A stretch of 64,000 bases of DNA, taken from assembly GCA_002269645.1 (NCBI GenBank), contig NIVC01000608.1, forward strand, positions 62,001-126,000, written 5' to 3'. A program made the position numbers and the translations under genes. The stretch comes from Macrostomum lignano (taxonomy: Eukaryota). Shown here piece after piece: positions 1 through 12,600 of the stretch. Under the pieces are notes generated by a model. The model saw nothing but the letters and a program-made list of their open reading frames with translations. It searched no databases and had not been told where the DNA came from. Each line of letters opens with the position of its first letter. Positions within the stretch are counted from its first letter, which is position 1.

Positions 1-463
1 AGAATTCCCGAGCACGAGAAATTTGAGTAGCTGCCTTAGTCCCCAGGGCGCAGTCTCGTGTCTCGGCCTACCCTGCAAGCTTTCCAGGCCAGCCCGCTAA
101 TAAGCGAATACGTGACGAGCCGCTTCAACTGCCGTGCACCTTTCGACACGTCTCGCGTGCATCTTCTGAGCAAAGTCGTTATCCCTTTGTCGTCATCCCT
201 CTAGGAGCAGACGGCTGACACGTTCGCCCTTCGGGGTTACTGCAGTAGTTGACCAATAGCATGCCATCTGAGGCCCCATTCGCTCTCCATTTTATCCCAC
301 GGCCTCTCCAATCCGATTCCTAGGCATGCTTCGCCCTATTCTCTCCAGTGCCTTCTGATAAAAACTGGGCCCAGTAAATCAGAAAGATCGCCATCTCGAA
401 CTGCCTAACAACTTCTGGTTGAATTCCTACCTTCTCTCTACTCGCAATTCCCGCCACGCTGCT

Positions 464-1699
464 ATGCTGGAGTCCCAGGCCGACCACGAGAACCACATCA
501 ACAATCGGACGAGCGCGGTGGATGAACCGCCTGAGCGGGTGCTGGCCTTCATCTCCGGGATTGCCATCCTGCTCTGCCTGGTGCTGGGCGCCCTCGGTAA
601 CCTATGGATTATGATTGTGGTGCTGGTCCGCCGCGAGATGCGGAGCAACCTAATTAACCTGTTCATTGCCAGTCTATGCCTGAACGACTTGTTGAACTTG
701 CTGCTAAACCAGAGCATGGTGGCGGTTTCCTATTTAGCCGGAAGCTGGAAGCTGGGTCCTCTGCTCTGCGAGCTCATGCCAGAGCTCAACATGTTGCTGG
801 TGTGCGTCTCCCTCTGGCACCACGCCTTAATTAGCCTGCACCGCTACATTGTGGTGGTGCACAACAGCACCTACGTACAGCTGCACAAGGGTCTGTACGC
901 TGGCATCATCCTGGCCGGTACTCGAGTGTTTGGCGCCCTGCTCAGCCTCTCCCTGCCGCTCTTCAACTCGGGCAGTTGGCGCGGCAGCACTGTCTATCAG
1001 GCCAAGATGCTGCGCTGCATCTACGAGAGAACCCAGCGTTTCCGCATACTGGGGGTCGTGATCATCTCCCAGCTGATTCCTTGCGCGATCGTCATCGTCT
1101 GCTTCGCCCTGATCTTCGTGTTTGTCCGCCGGGCCAACACCGGCTCTCTGGTCAGCGATCAGCTGCTGATGCGACGCGAACTGCGCATCACTAAGATGTT
1201 CGGCGTCGTGTTTCTCATGTTCCTGGTGGGGTTCCTGCCCTACGGCTGTCTGAGAATGATAGACTCTGGCAACACACTCGGGCCGCAGGCGTACGTGCTC
1301 GTCACGCTGCTATACGCTGCTGCGTCCAGCGTCAACCCGCTGATCTTCGGCGCCATGAACAGAGAAATCCGGCTGGCCTGCCTGCGGCTGATCTCGCGGA
1401 GGAGCTCCCGGGCTTCCGCCGCCGCTGCCACTGGCGCCTCCACAGCCGCCGGCACTGCCTCTGCAACCGCAGCCACCGGGAATAAGGTCCAACAGAAGCG
1501 ACAAAAAAAGAAGCCAGTCGCCGCCGCCGCCTCGGTGGTTGAGGTCGGCGCCAGCAAGAATCGCTGCCGGCCGTCTACGGAGCTTTCGTCTTCGCTGGGC
1601 AGCGGCGCCACTGCCGGGCCGGAGAGCCGCCAGCTGCTGTCCGTCAGCGACCCGGACCAGAGCTGCCAGCAGGAGAGCGACACCACACTGATGGATTGA
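464..1699 (+). CDS. Single-exon class A (rhodopsin-like) GPCR, Moody/Tre1/melatonin-receptor-like, ~411 aa
   Basis: Seven hydrophobic segments; TM1 GN, TM2 SLCLNDL, TM3 end LHRY (DRY position), TM6 FLVGFLPY, TM7 NPLIF; Ala/Ser-rich tail. First ATG is at 464 (the ORF track starts at TTG 419). Confidence 0.92.
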   Translation: MLESQADHENHINNRTSAVDEPPERVLAFISGIAILLCLVLGALGNLWIMIVVLVRREMRSNLINLFIASLCLNDLLNLLLNQSMVAVSYLAGSWKLGPLLCELMPELNMLLVCVSLWHHALISLHRYIVVVHNSTYVQLHKGLYAGIILAGTRVFGALLSLSLPLFNSGSWRGSTVYQAKMLRCIYERTQRFRILGVVIISQLIPCAIVIVCFALIFVFVRRANTGSLVSDQLLMRRELRITKMFGVVFLMFLVGFLPYGCLRMIDSGNTLGPQAYVLVTLLYAAASSVNPLIFGAMNREIRLACLRLISRRSSRASAAAATGASTAAGTASATAATGNKVQQKRQKKKPVAAAASVVEVGASKNRCRPSTELSSSLGSGATAGPESRQLLSVSDPDQSCQQESDTTLMD

Positions 1700-2926
1700 G
1701 CAACCAAGTAGAGTTCAACACGAAAGAGTCACACGGGGGAAGCTTCTCGAAACTTGCATAACATTGGTTCGATCGTAACTTGCCGACGGTTGCGAGAAGC
1801 GACACCTTCGTTCGCAATTAACAACATAAAATTGAACTTATCCATTATACTAAAATTTTTTTTACTAATATTACTCATGACCCACAGCTGACTGTTGTTG
1901 CATTGACCTTATTTTCGTGCAACTTTAGAGCTTTGACGACGTTGCATGAATCGAAACGCTTAAAAAAGACTTTAGCTAACTCATAACGAACCTTTGAGCC
2001 TTGTCAAAGCAGCATTGCATTTGTAAATTTTAATTCACACAAAAAATAGTTTTTTTCGTCCTTGCTGAGTTTACTTGTCATTTACTTACCGCGTTCTTCT
2101 GTGTTCTTTTCTTCTGTGTTCCGTGTTCTTTGTTGCAAAGTTTTCGAAATATGATATTATTCGCTATTCTTCTGCACCACACCTATTGGGTTAGCAAACT
2201 AAACATTGAAGAAAATCACTTCGTTAGGTTCGATAAATTTAACAACGAATTATGTTAACTGCCTGTCTAAGGTCGGGGAGTTTTAAGTCCATCAAGTTTT
2301 TTTTTTAATTTTTTGTTGCTTTGCTAAATTTTCAGTCTTTGTTCTAATAATTTAAGCGCCACCAGTTCTGTATATCTCATCCCAAATAAACTGAAGCTAG
2401 ATGCTGCTTATTGAGTTAACTACCTATGACTTTGGCTTTTTGCTTGCACAGACGAAGTAAAATGTTAAATCGGCACATTTATCAGATACACTTAGCAACA
2501 GTAGTCAACTTTTTTTCAGATATCAGCCTGAGTAACAAAATTTGTCTAAACTACAACGGATGGCCATAGACTATCGGCTGTAGGTGCTGTGGTGGCTTTG
2601 AAAGGTTTAAATTAAACCAGACGGGACAGAAAAGTACACGAATTAATGAGCCGAACAATTTCGTTACTCGTTTAAGAAAAGTTCATTAGATCGTATAAAT
2701 TTAACAACACGAATTGTGCCAATTGCCTGCCTAAGGTCGGGAGTTTGCGTCGACGGGCTAGGGAAAGTAATAAAAATAGCCCCACCCAGCGCAGAGATGT
2801 CTGCAAGCTAGTAAGAAACTGGGCCGGGCTTCCAGCTGAGAAAAAATAACTAATTAAATTCGCCACGGCGAAGTACGGATGCTACGCGAGCAAAACGGGA
2901 CTTCTTCCCACCCGAAGGCCCTCGTT

Positions 2927-3335
2927 TGTTAGGGTTAGGGTTAGGTTTAGGGCTAGGGATACGTTTAGTTAGGGTTAGGTTTAGGGCTAGGGTTAGGTTT
3001 AGGACTAGGGTTAGGTTTAGGACTAGGGTTAGGTTTGGGTTAGGGTTAGGTTTAGGTTTAGGGCTAGGGATACGTTTAGTTAGGGTTAGGTTTAGGTTTA
3101 GGGTTAGGTTTAGGACTAGGGTTAGGTTTAGGGCTAGGGATACGTTTAGTTAGGGTTAGGTTTAGGGCTAGGGATACGTTTAGTTAGGGTTAGGTTTAGG
3201 GCTAGGGATACGTTTAGTTAGGGTTAGGTTTAGGGTTAGGGTTAGGTTTAGGACTAGGGTTAGGTTTAGGACTAGGGTTAGGTTTGGGTTAGGGTTAAGG
3301 TTAGGTTTAGGGCTAGGTTTGGGTTAGGGATAGGG
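2927..3335 (+). repeat. Interstitial telomere-like (TTAGGG-variant) array
   Basis: TTAGGG, TTAGGT, CTAGGG and GGACTA variants with a recurring GGATACGTTTAGTTA cassette at about 2957, 3068, 3138, 3172 and 3206. Confidence 0.9.
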
Positions 3336-4863
3336 TATTGCTGAGATTTCTAGTCTGGCGGGAGGTTTGTTGATCAGATAGGCTTAGGGGGGCATTGCTG
3401 AGCTGTCAAGGCTTACGAATTTCAATTCTTACAAGGATAATTGCTGAGGTTTATACCAAAAAGAAGCTACAGGTAGTTTATTCAGAAATGTGTACATATT
3501 CCATTGATTGTTGGCTTCCCAACGGGGGCGCCCTGACTGCTAGTTGCTTTCTAAAAGCGGTGAATCAGTCACCTGGCGGAATAGAACTTTTAGTAGTAGA
3601 CAAGATGAGCATGTCGTGAATGTTATAAGTAAAAGGTATGCAAGGAAATGATTATTAGATCGGAAAAGTCCACGACTGCCAGCTATACATATTTGTTGGC
3701 GCTGCTTTTTGTACTGTATAATACAATATTTTTAAGGAGAACGAATTAATGCAGCGAAATTAGAAAAAAGTTCCAAATGCACTTTAAGACAAGAATTGTG
3801 AACTTCACTAATTTCTACCTCCCTATGGCACTGTGGACATGTCCTGTCTTCATTGCCAGTTTATGGTTTTGCTAATCTGAACTGTGACGGTTTTTTTTAA
3901 TTATGGACAGGAAATTTCTATAGGACAAACTTTTTCTGGTAGAGTTCCCTACTCTTTGTCTACAGTGTCGCGTATATTCCAGTCCCAAACTGGCTTTGTG
4001 TGTTCTGACTTTCCTCAGATCTCAGACTCAAGTTGGCGCCATTCCTGTCAACTGTGGGCGATGCAGTTCGCTTGGGCTGGTGAGGAGAGAGTGGAGAGTT
4101 ATGGCTAAGAGTTGAATTGAAGCTGCCACTTGTTGACCAACTGGTTTCGGGTTGGAAGCTTTAACATGTCGCTGAGTGTATATGTACGAGGGTATGAATG
4201 CATTTTCCTGTTATTATTGCTCATATTAATATTGGCTTCTTAGTTTCCCAAAGCAACGTTGTGTAAAGAAAGAAGCAGAGCGGTAGTTATTTTTAAAAGC
4301 AGCCAGCAAATGCAAATTTTCATTATTCATCAGTCAATAAAAGCAACCAATTTTGTAAGCAGCACTGCAAGCAGCACTTTACAAGGCAAAATATTCTAAT
4401 TTTACAAGTGCAACTGCACCGAATACCACTAGGGTTATAAAAGAATAAGGAAATTCTTATGCTCGCAGTCAGAATCGACACGAGCCGGTTTTTCAGTATT
4501 TTCATATTTTTTTCCAGAATAATAATGCATGAAAATTGCCCATAAAGATGATTGTTTTCAAACCAATTTCAGGTGGATAAAGCTTTGAAAGCATTTAAAA
4601 CAAACGACGTGATTCACAGTCAAATTGTCGCTACGGAGCGCTCGCTTAAGAATTGGAAACGGATGGAAGTCACTCACTCACACGGACCCGCATTGACTTC
4701 TGATCGCTTGTCGAAATTGGTGGAATCCACCTGGGCAGAGGAGCTCTTCGATAGATGGAGATGCTGATATACAGAATCCTCAATGATCTGAATGATCAGA
4801 AGCCCCTCCGTCTCTCTGAACTTTTTAGTGTCCCTCGCATTTACGAGTAGACTCTGCAACGAT

Positions 4864-5260
4864 CATTAGAATGTTCAGGATGTATTAACCATTAGGAATG
4901 TTCAGGATGTATTAGCCATTGGGAATGTTTAGGATGTATTAGCCATTGGGAATGCTCAGGATGTATTAGCCATTGGGAATGTTCAGGATGTATTAGCCAT
5001 TGGGAATGTTTAGGATGTATTAGCCATTGGGAATGTTTAGGATGTATTAGCCATTGGGAATGCTCAGGATGTATTAGCCATTGGGAATGTTCAGGATGTA
5101 TTAGCCATTGGGAATGTTTAGGATGTATTAGCCATTGGGAATGCTCAGGATGTATTAGCCATTGGGAATGCTCAGGATGTATTAGCCATTGGGAATGCTC
5201 AGGATGTATTAGCCATTGGGAATGTTCAGGATGTATTAGCCATTGGGAATGCTCAGGATG
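4864..5260. repeat. 27-bp minisatellite, ~14 copies
   Basis: Unit GGATGTATTAGCCATTGGGAATG(C/T)T(C/T)A; it explains the HSQWLIHPE ORF. Confidence 0.95.
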
Positions 5261-5711
5261 CGCAAGCCAGACGGACAAAAAATCAAAGTACTCAAAGGAC
5301 TGTGTTACATAAAAGTACAGACAATGCCATGCAGGAACAGCGGAGAATCGAAGAGAAAAGTCCAAACCAGATAAAAGTCTTCGTAGACTTCTTCTGTGTC
5401 CCGCCTCCAGGTTAATCGTAGAATCCAGTCACCCGGACAGATTGCGTGACTAACACACCGCTGCATGGATGTCAACAAATGAGGATAGATTCAAAGATGA
5501 ACAGGGTGCTACAGTCTATAATAAAAAATTTTCGCTATATTTTCCCCTGTTGTTATTGCAACACCCTCCTTTGTGTTGGACCCGCGTACCGCGTTTCACT
5601 TTACGATTTTTTCGACGCTTTTCAAGTTTCCAGAAAATATTTAAAAGTCTCAGCGCCCGGATTTATGCGGCTACGCGGATAGCAGAGCAAGCCGGCTCGC
5701 ACCTTACCTAA

Positions 5712-6689
5712 CCCCTGTCACAGACCCTAAAGCACCTACCTGTCACAGACCCTGAAACTCTATCACAGACCCTAGAGCATCTATCACAAACTGAAGAGAT
5801 TAAAGAACCCTGTCACAGACACTAAAACTTTGTCACAAACCCAAGAGCACCTGTCAAAAACCATAGAACCCGGCCCCTGTCACAGACCCTAGAGTACCTG
5901 TCACAGACCCTAGAGTACCTGTCACAGACCCTAGAGTACCTGTCACAGACCCTAGAGTACCTGTCACAGACCCTAGAGTATCTGTCACAGACCCTAGAGT
6001 ACCTGTCACAGACCCTAGAGTACCTGTCACAGACCCTAGAGTACCTGTCACAGACCCTAGAGTACCTGTCACAGACCCTAGAGTACCTGTCACAGACCCT
6101 AGAGTACCTGTCACAGACCCTAGAGTACCTGTCACAGACCCTAGAGTACCTGTCACAGACCCTAGAGTACCTGTCACAGACCCTAGAGTACCTGTCACAG
6201 ACCCTAGAGTACCTGTCACAGACCCTAGAGTACCTGTCACAGACCCTAGAGTACCTGTCACAGACCCTAGAGTACCTGTCACAGACCCTAGAGTACCTGT
6301 CACAGACCCTAGAGTACCTGTCACAGACCCTAGAGTACCTGTCACAGACCCTAGAGTACCTGTCACAGACCCTAGAGTACCTGTCACAGACCCTAGAGTA
6401 CATGTCACAGACCCTAGAGTACCTGTCACAGACCCTAGAGTACCTGTCACAGACCCTAGAGTACCTGTCACAGACCCTAGAGTACCTGTCACAGACCCTA
6501 GAGTACCTGTACAGACCCTAGAGTACCTGTCACAGACCCTAGAGTACCTGTCACAGACCCTAGAGTACCTGTCACAGACCCTAGAGTACCTGTCACAGAC
6601 CCTAGAGTACCTGTCACAGACCCTAGAGTACCTGTCACAGACCCTGGAGTACCTGTCACAGACCCTAGAGTACCTGTACAGACCCTAGA
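5712..6689. repeat. 21-bp minisatellite, nearly homogeneous from 5876
   Basis: Unit CCTGTCACAGACCCTAGAGTA; degenerate copies at 5712-5875. Confidence 0.96.
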
Positions 6690-7105
6690 ATTCCTTGCTA
6701 CTAATATTGTCTAATGAATTTCCCCCAATTTTGAAGTGTTCGTCACCAATATCCCCGCTTTACCTGGCACTGCAGTCATAATTTAAAATGTGCAGCAGAC
6801 CTTGAAGGCTGAGGACCATAAGTCACGTGATAGCTTTCTTACTATCAACCTGGCTAAGCTGGAGAGTAATAAATAACACCACCCGCTGCGAAGTGAAAAT
6901 TCCATACTAATTAATTAACAAAGACAGGATTAACGCGACAAGGATGAAGCAGAAGGCTGAGAAGCCGTGGAACTACATCAGATACTGTAAGAAGGTGTGG
7001 CCCCAATGGGAAATAAAGAGATATCTAGCTGTCTGGAAAATCCTATAATCTCTTCTGCTCAGCAAAATTAATGAAAATTTCATGAGGCGTGTCCCGTGTG
7101 TGCAA

Positions 7106-8358
7106 CTCAATCATATGAGCTAACGACTGCTCAATCATATGAGCTAATAGCCTAACGACTGCTCAATCATATGAGCTAATGACTGCTCAATCATATGAGC
7201 TAACGACTGCTCAATCATATGAGCTAATAGTCTAATGACTGCTCAATCATATGAGCTAATAGTCTAATGACTGCTCAATCATATGAGCTAATGACTGCTC
7301 AATCATATGAGCTAATGACTGCTCAATCATATGAGCTAATAGTCTAATGACTGCTCAATCATATGAGCTAACGACTGCTCAATCATATGAGCTAACGACT
7401 GCTCAATCATATGAGCTAATGACTGCTCAATCATATGAGCTAATGACTGCTCAATCATATGAGCTAATGACTGCTCAATCATATGAGCTAATGACTGCTC
7501 AATCATATGAGCTAATGACTGCTCAATCATATGAGCTAATAGTCTAATGACTGCTCAATCATATGAGCTAACGACTGCTCAATCATATGAGCTAACGACT
7601 GCTCAATCATATGAGCTAATGACTGCTCAATCATATGAGCTAATGACTGCTCAATCATATGAGCTAATGACTGCTCAATCATATGAGCTAATGACTGCTC
7701 AATCATATGAGCTAATGACTGCTCAATCATATGAGCTAATGACTGCTCAATCATATGAGCTAATGACTGCTCAATCATATGAGCTAATGACTGCTCAATC
7801 ATATGAGCTAATAGCCTAATGACTGCTCAATCATATGAGCTAATGACTGCTCAATCATATGAGCTAATGACTGCTCAATCATATGAGCTAATGACTGCTC
7901 AATCATATGAGCTAATAGCCTAATGACTGCTCAATCATATGAGCTAATGACTGCTCAATCATATGAGCTAATGACTGCTCAATCATATGAGCTAATAGCC
8001 TAATGACTGCTCAATCATATGAGCTAATGACTGCTCAATCATATGAGCTAATGACTGCTCAATCATATGAGCTAATGACTGCTCAATCATATGAGCTAAT
8101 AGCCTAATGACTGCTCAATCATATGAGCTAATGACTGCTCAATCATATGAGCTAATGACTGCTCAATCATATGAGCTAATGACTGCTCAATCATATGAGC
8201 TAATAGCCTAATGACTGCTCAATCATATGAGCTAATGACTGCTCAATCATATGAGCTAATGACTGCTCAATCATATGAGCTAATGACTGCTCAATCATAT
8301 GAGCTAATAGCCTAATGACTGCTCAATCATATGAGCTAATTACTGCTCAATAGTATGA
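7106..8358. repeat. 24-bp minisatellite with periodic 8-bp inserts
   Basis: Unit ATGACTGCTCAATCATATGAGCTA; ATAG(T/C)CTA is inserted every few units. Confidence 0.96.
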
Positions 8359-8749
8359 ACAATAGGTTAAACTGCTCAGCATCAGATGATCAGCTTTCAC
8401 ATAATTTGGTTAAAGACAAGTACAATTATGAAAAGTAAGTGAAGATCTTCGTGGTGCACTTCGTGGATAGAAAGTCAGTCAGTCTTAAGTCTCAAAGGAA
8501 AAATACCGAAGGACGCCAGGAAGCTGCAGGTGGAGGAGAGAGCTAGTTTGCCTCGGGGTGCCTTTGGCGACCCCCCTCAATTCTCTCGCATCCGACTGAA
8601 GCAATCAATCTTAAAATGAGCAGTTGGAAAACTGGCATTTGCTCAAGGCGAATTCGAGTTCAAGGACAGTTTCGTGGCAGATTGAGATTAATCGAGATGC
8701 AATGGCCTGCCTTCCGAGTCTGGGAATACGAGCTTTTTCGGGATTCATT

Positions 8750-9130
8750 CTAGTCCTTGGTTTAGAAGTTTTTTGGAAGTCCTTGGACTAGAAGTGTATT
8801 TTGTAAGTTCTTGAATTGAAAACATATTTTAGGAGTCCTCGGACTGGAAATGTATTTTTGAAGTTCTTGGACTAAAAGTGTTTTTTGGGAGTTCTTAAGT
8901 TTAAAAACGTATTTTGGGAGTCCTTGAACTGGCAATGTAATTTGGAAGTTCTTGGACTGGAAATGTATTTTGGGAGTCTTTGGACTAGAAATTTATTTTT
9001 TTATCTTTGGACTAGAAATATCTGTTAGTCCTTGGACTAAACGTGTATTTTTGGAGTGGAGTGGACTGGACTGGAAATGTATTTTGGGAGTCCATTGACT
9101 TGAAGTGTATCTTGGGAGTCCTTGGTTCTT
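8750..9130. repeat. Degenerate ~32-33 bp tandem repeat
   Basis: Recurrent GTCCTTGGACT(A/G)GAAxTGTATTTT(T/G)GG(A/G)A motif. Confidence 0.75.
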
Positions 9131-9639
9131 GGCTGGCGTGAACTGGCTGTGTTATGTGACAGCCAACGGTGAGAGATGGAAGCTAAGAAAGGAGAAAAGT
9201 CCCTTTTATTGTGGTGTCGGGGCATAGCCGGTAGCCTCAGCCTATTCAGACTTTCACCTCCAGCCAAAAAACGGACTTCCTGTGCGTCAGTTGTCAAAGT
9301 TTAATCAAGCAGTTATGCTGTATGTTAGCATTCATTCAGATTTAGTAAATTATCTTTCACAAGAGACTTGGGTGCTCTTTGGAGAGAGGGAAAAAGGATA
9401 GAGTCATTGTGTCATTGCGTTATAAATAACGAAAAGGCTTTGGCCTCTGAAAAAGGCTTCATTAATCAACTCAGCACTTTTGAGTTTTTCAGCTTTAGGA
9501 GAGTAAATGGTATGTATATATTCATGTAGCTTTTAATAACAATAAAGCTGTAGCTGTTACTGAGAGGCATAATTAATCGTACATGTATGAAGGTTTAAGA
9601 GCATGCGAAAGTGATGATGTAATATATGATGTATGATAT

Positions 9640-12600
9640 TGTTGTGCTTTTGGCTTTAGCCTTTGGCAATTGTCAGTCTAGCGGTCTGTTGACCTCTGAC
9701 GCGTCTATCATTTATTTCATAACTCAATAGCATAGTTCAATTCATCAACGCAGTCGCGTAAAAAAATGTCTATGGCAAAGCCATCAACCCACAACACCCT
9801 CCCTCTTCTATAGGTAGGTGTACAATTATCACTCAGGTGCGATAAAAATTCTACTTTTCTTGGCCAAGCGTTCGCTTCGCCTGGGTGACGGCTTGGATTG
9901 AACTCCGGCCTCAGTCTGTTGCTGTTGTGCTCTCTCAGCTTGTTCTGTTCCCGGTAGTATCTCAGTGTCTGTCGATGACGGACGCGTCTGTTGGCCGTCG
10001 TCACTTGGACCGTTGCCACCGGGCTTGGAATCCCCCATTTCCGTAATTCCGTGAGCCTCAGGTACCTCACCGATTCGTAGTTGATCGAGGTGGGTCTTTA
10101 GATTTCGTCCAGTCTCTGTGGTGACGACTGCTGTGTTGCTGCCAAGCATTTTGGCGAATCTCACAGTTCGTGGCTCATGAGAACTCGATGCACGGTAGAT
10201 GAGTGATTCTCCTGGGATCCACTTGGACTGAGTGCTGCTCTCCGAGATGGGGAGTCTTATTTGTCTGCCGTTCAACAACTCGGACGGTGATGCTTGCTGC
10301 TTCCCTTTGGCAGCTCTGTAGAACAGTAGAAATCTGTCAATACTTCTTTGGGATAAACCATTGGTCTTGATTGTCTCTTTGACGGTTCGCACCATTCGCT
10401 CTGCAATGCCGTTGCTCTGTGGATGGTAGGCGGGCGTTGTGATGTGCGAACAGCCAATCTGGGTGAGCCAGCCGGTCACCGCTTCGCTCACAAAACTAGG
10501 GCCGTTGTCTGACACGAGACACTTGGGCACCCCCTGTTGTGAGAACAATCTTCTAAGTCTGGAAATGACTGTGTCGGCCTTCATGTCGCTCGTGATGAAG
10601 ACTTCCGGGTAGCTCGAGTGCGCATCCACAATGATGAGTAGGTACTTGCCCTCTATCGGACCGGCAAAATCAATGTGCACTCGCTCCCAGGGGTTGTCTG
10701 GTTCTGGCCGCGAGTGCCGAAAGTTCTTATTTCTGGACTTGCACGCGTTGCACACGTTGCATCGTCCAATGTAGTCAGCGATGTCACGGTCCATCTGTGG
10801 CCACCAGAACTGTTCCCTCAAAATCGACTTTGACTTTTCCACCCCAAGGTGCGTTGAGTGTACAGCTGCCAGGGCAGTTTCTCTCAGGACACGAGGCAAT
10901 ACAAATCTGTTCATTCTGTAAATAATTCCATCATTGACAGTTAGCTGTGGGTCGTCAAATAGATTATTGTTAATTATGGCTGCGCCCAGGCATCTGAACT
11001 CCGGGTCCTCTCTGGTTGCGTGTGCAATTCGATCCAGCTGAATTACTCCCGGGTTGTCAGCTTCGAGGAGTCCGATCGATGCTGTCTGTGCATTCGGCTT
11101 AGCGGGCACAAGTCGAGATAGCGCATCCGACAGCATTAGCTTTGATGGTCGATACTGTATGTCATAGTCATAAGCAGCTAGTATGATTGCCCATTGTTGT
11201 AGTCGAGCTGAAACTCTGGTGGGCAGCTGTTTGTCTGGCGCGAATATGTATGTGAGGGGCCGGTGATCAGTTATCAGTGTGAACCTCCGGCCATACAAGA
11301 ACCGATGGCATCTTTGAATGCACCAAACCAGTGCCAGGCCTTCACGCTCTATTTGCGAATATTTTGTTTCGGCGTCAGACAGAGTTTTGCTCATGTACAG
11401 CACGACTTGACCGCTTTGTGTCAACACTCCGCCCAGAGCTCGCTGAGAACTGTCGCATTCCAGTTCAATGGGCTTCTCCGGATCAAATATTTGAAGACTC
11501 GATTGATCAGAGAGAGTGACCTTGATTTCGTCAAATGCTATTTGACACTTCTTTGTCCACACGAAGTCCTCATTTTTCTTTCTTAGTCGATTGAGAGGCT
11601 TGGTCAGTGCAGCTAGGTTTCTGATGAACTTGCCGCTAAAATTTACGAGACCCAGGAAGGATTCAAGCTCGCCAACGTTCTGCGGTGGTGTCATGTCCTG
11701 GATTGCCTTCACTTTGGCTGGGTCCGGCTTGAGCTGATCTCCTTCCAATAAGTAGCCTAGAAACTTGATCGAAGTCTTGCGGAATTCACTTTTCGCCGTG
11801 TTGATCTTCAATCCTTGCTGGTTTAGTCGATGCAATACTTCCGTCTCACGAACTGCCAATTGTTCTACGCCTTTGCCGCATATCAATATGTCGTCTACGT
11901 AGGCAATGACGCCAGGAATTCCTTGTAGGACTTGGCTAATGTACCGCTGGAAGATCGCAGGTGCTGTTTTCACTCCGAAGGGAAGCTTGTTGAAAGCGAA
12001 CATCCCAAATGGTGTTGACATTACTGTCAGCTCTTTGGAAGCTTCATCTAGTGGGATCTGGTGATAAGCTTTCTCTAGGTCCAGACGAGTGTATATCCGG
12101 CTGCCAGCAGCAGTTGCAATCACTTCGTCAGGTGCAGGCATCGGATATGAATCGTTGATAAGATGAGAATTGATTGTCACCTTGTAGTCGACGCAAAGTC
12201 TGAGCTTTCCAGAAGGTTTCTTGACCACGACAATTGGTGAGGCCCATTCACTGAACTTGACGGGCTTGATGGTGTCTTCTTCAAGCAACCGATCGATTTC
12301 ATCCTTGACTCCCTGTCTGAGTGCGAAGGGTAGCGGCCTGGGTTTGCAATGAATTGGAGTGGTTCCTTCCTTGATCTTAAGAGTTACTGGTGGAAATTCG
12401 CATGACTGGGTTGCCGATGTGCAGCTGTTGTCTACAGCGTTTAGCGTGAAATTGAGCTTGTCTCGGCCAACCAGAACAAAGTTCCTCTGCGATTCCACAA
12501 TGAAGAATGTGATTGGAATGAACTCGTCATTGTACTCCAACTCAGTGTCGTGTGTTCCAAAGACCTTCATCTGCGTATCAGCGTATGTTGTCAGAACAGT

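Noticed and set aside
2927-3335. True telomere or chromosome end
   Set aside because: It is internal, short, heavily variant and flanked by ordinary sequence on both sides.
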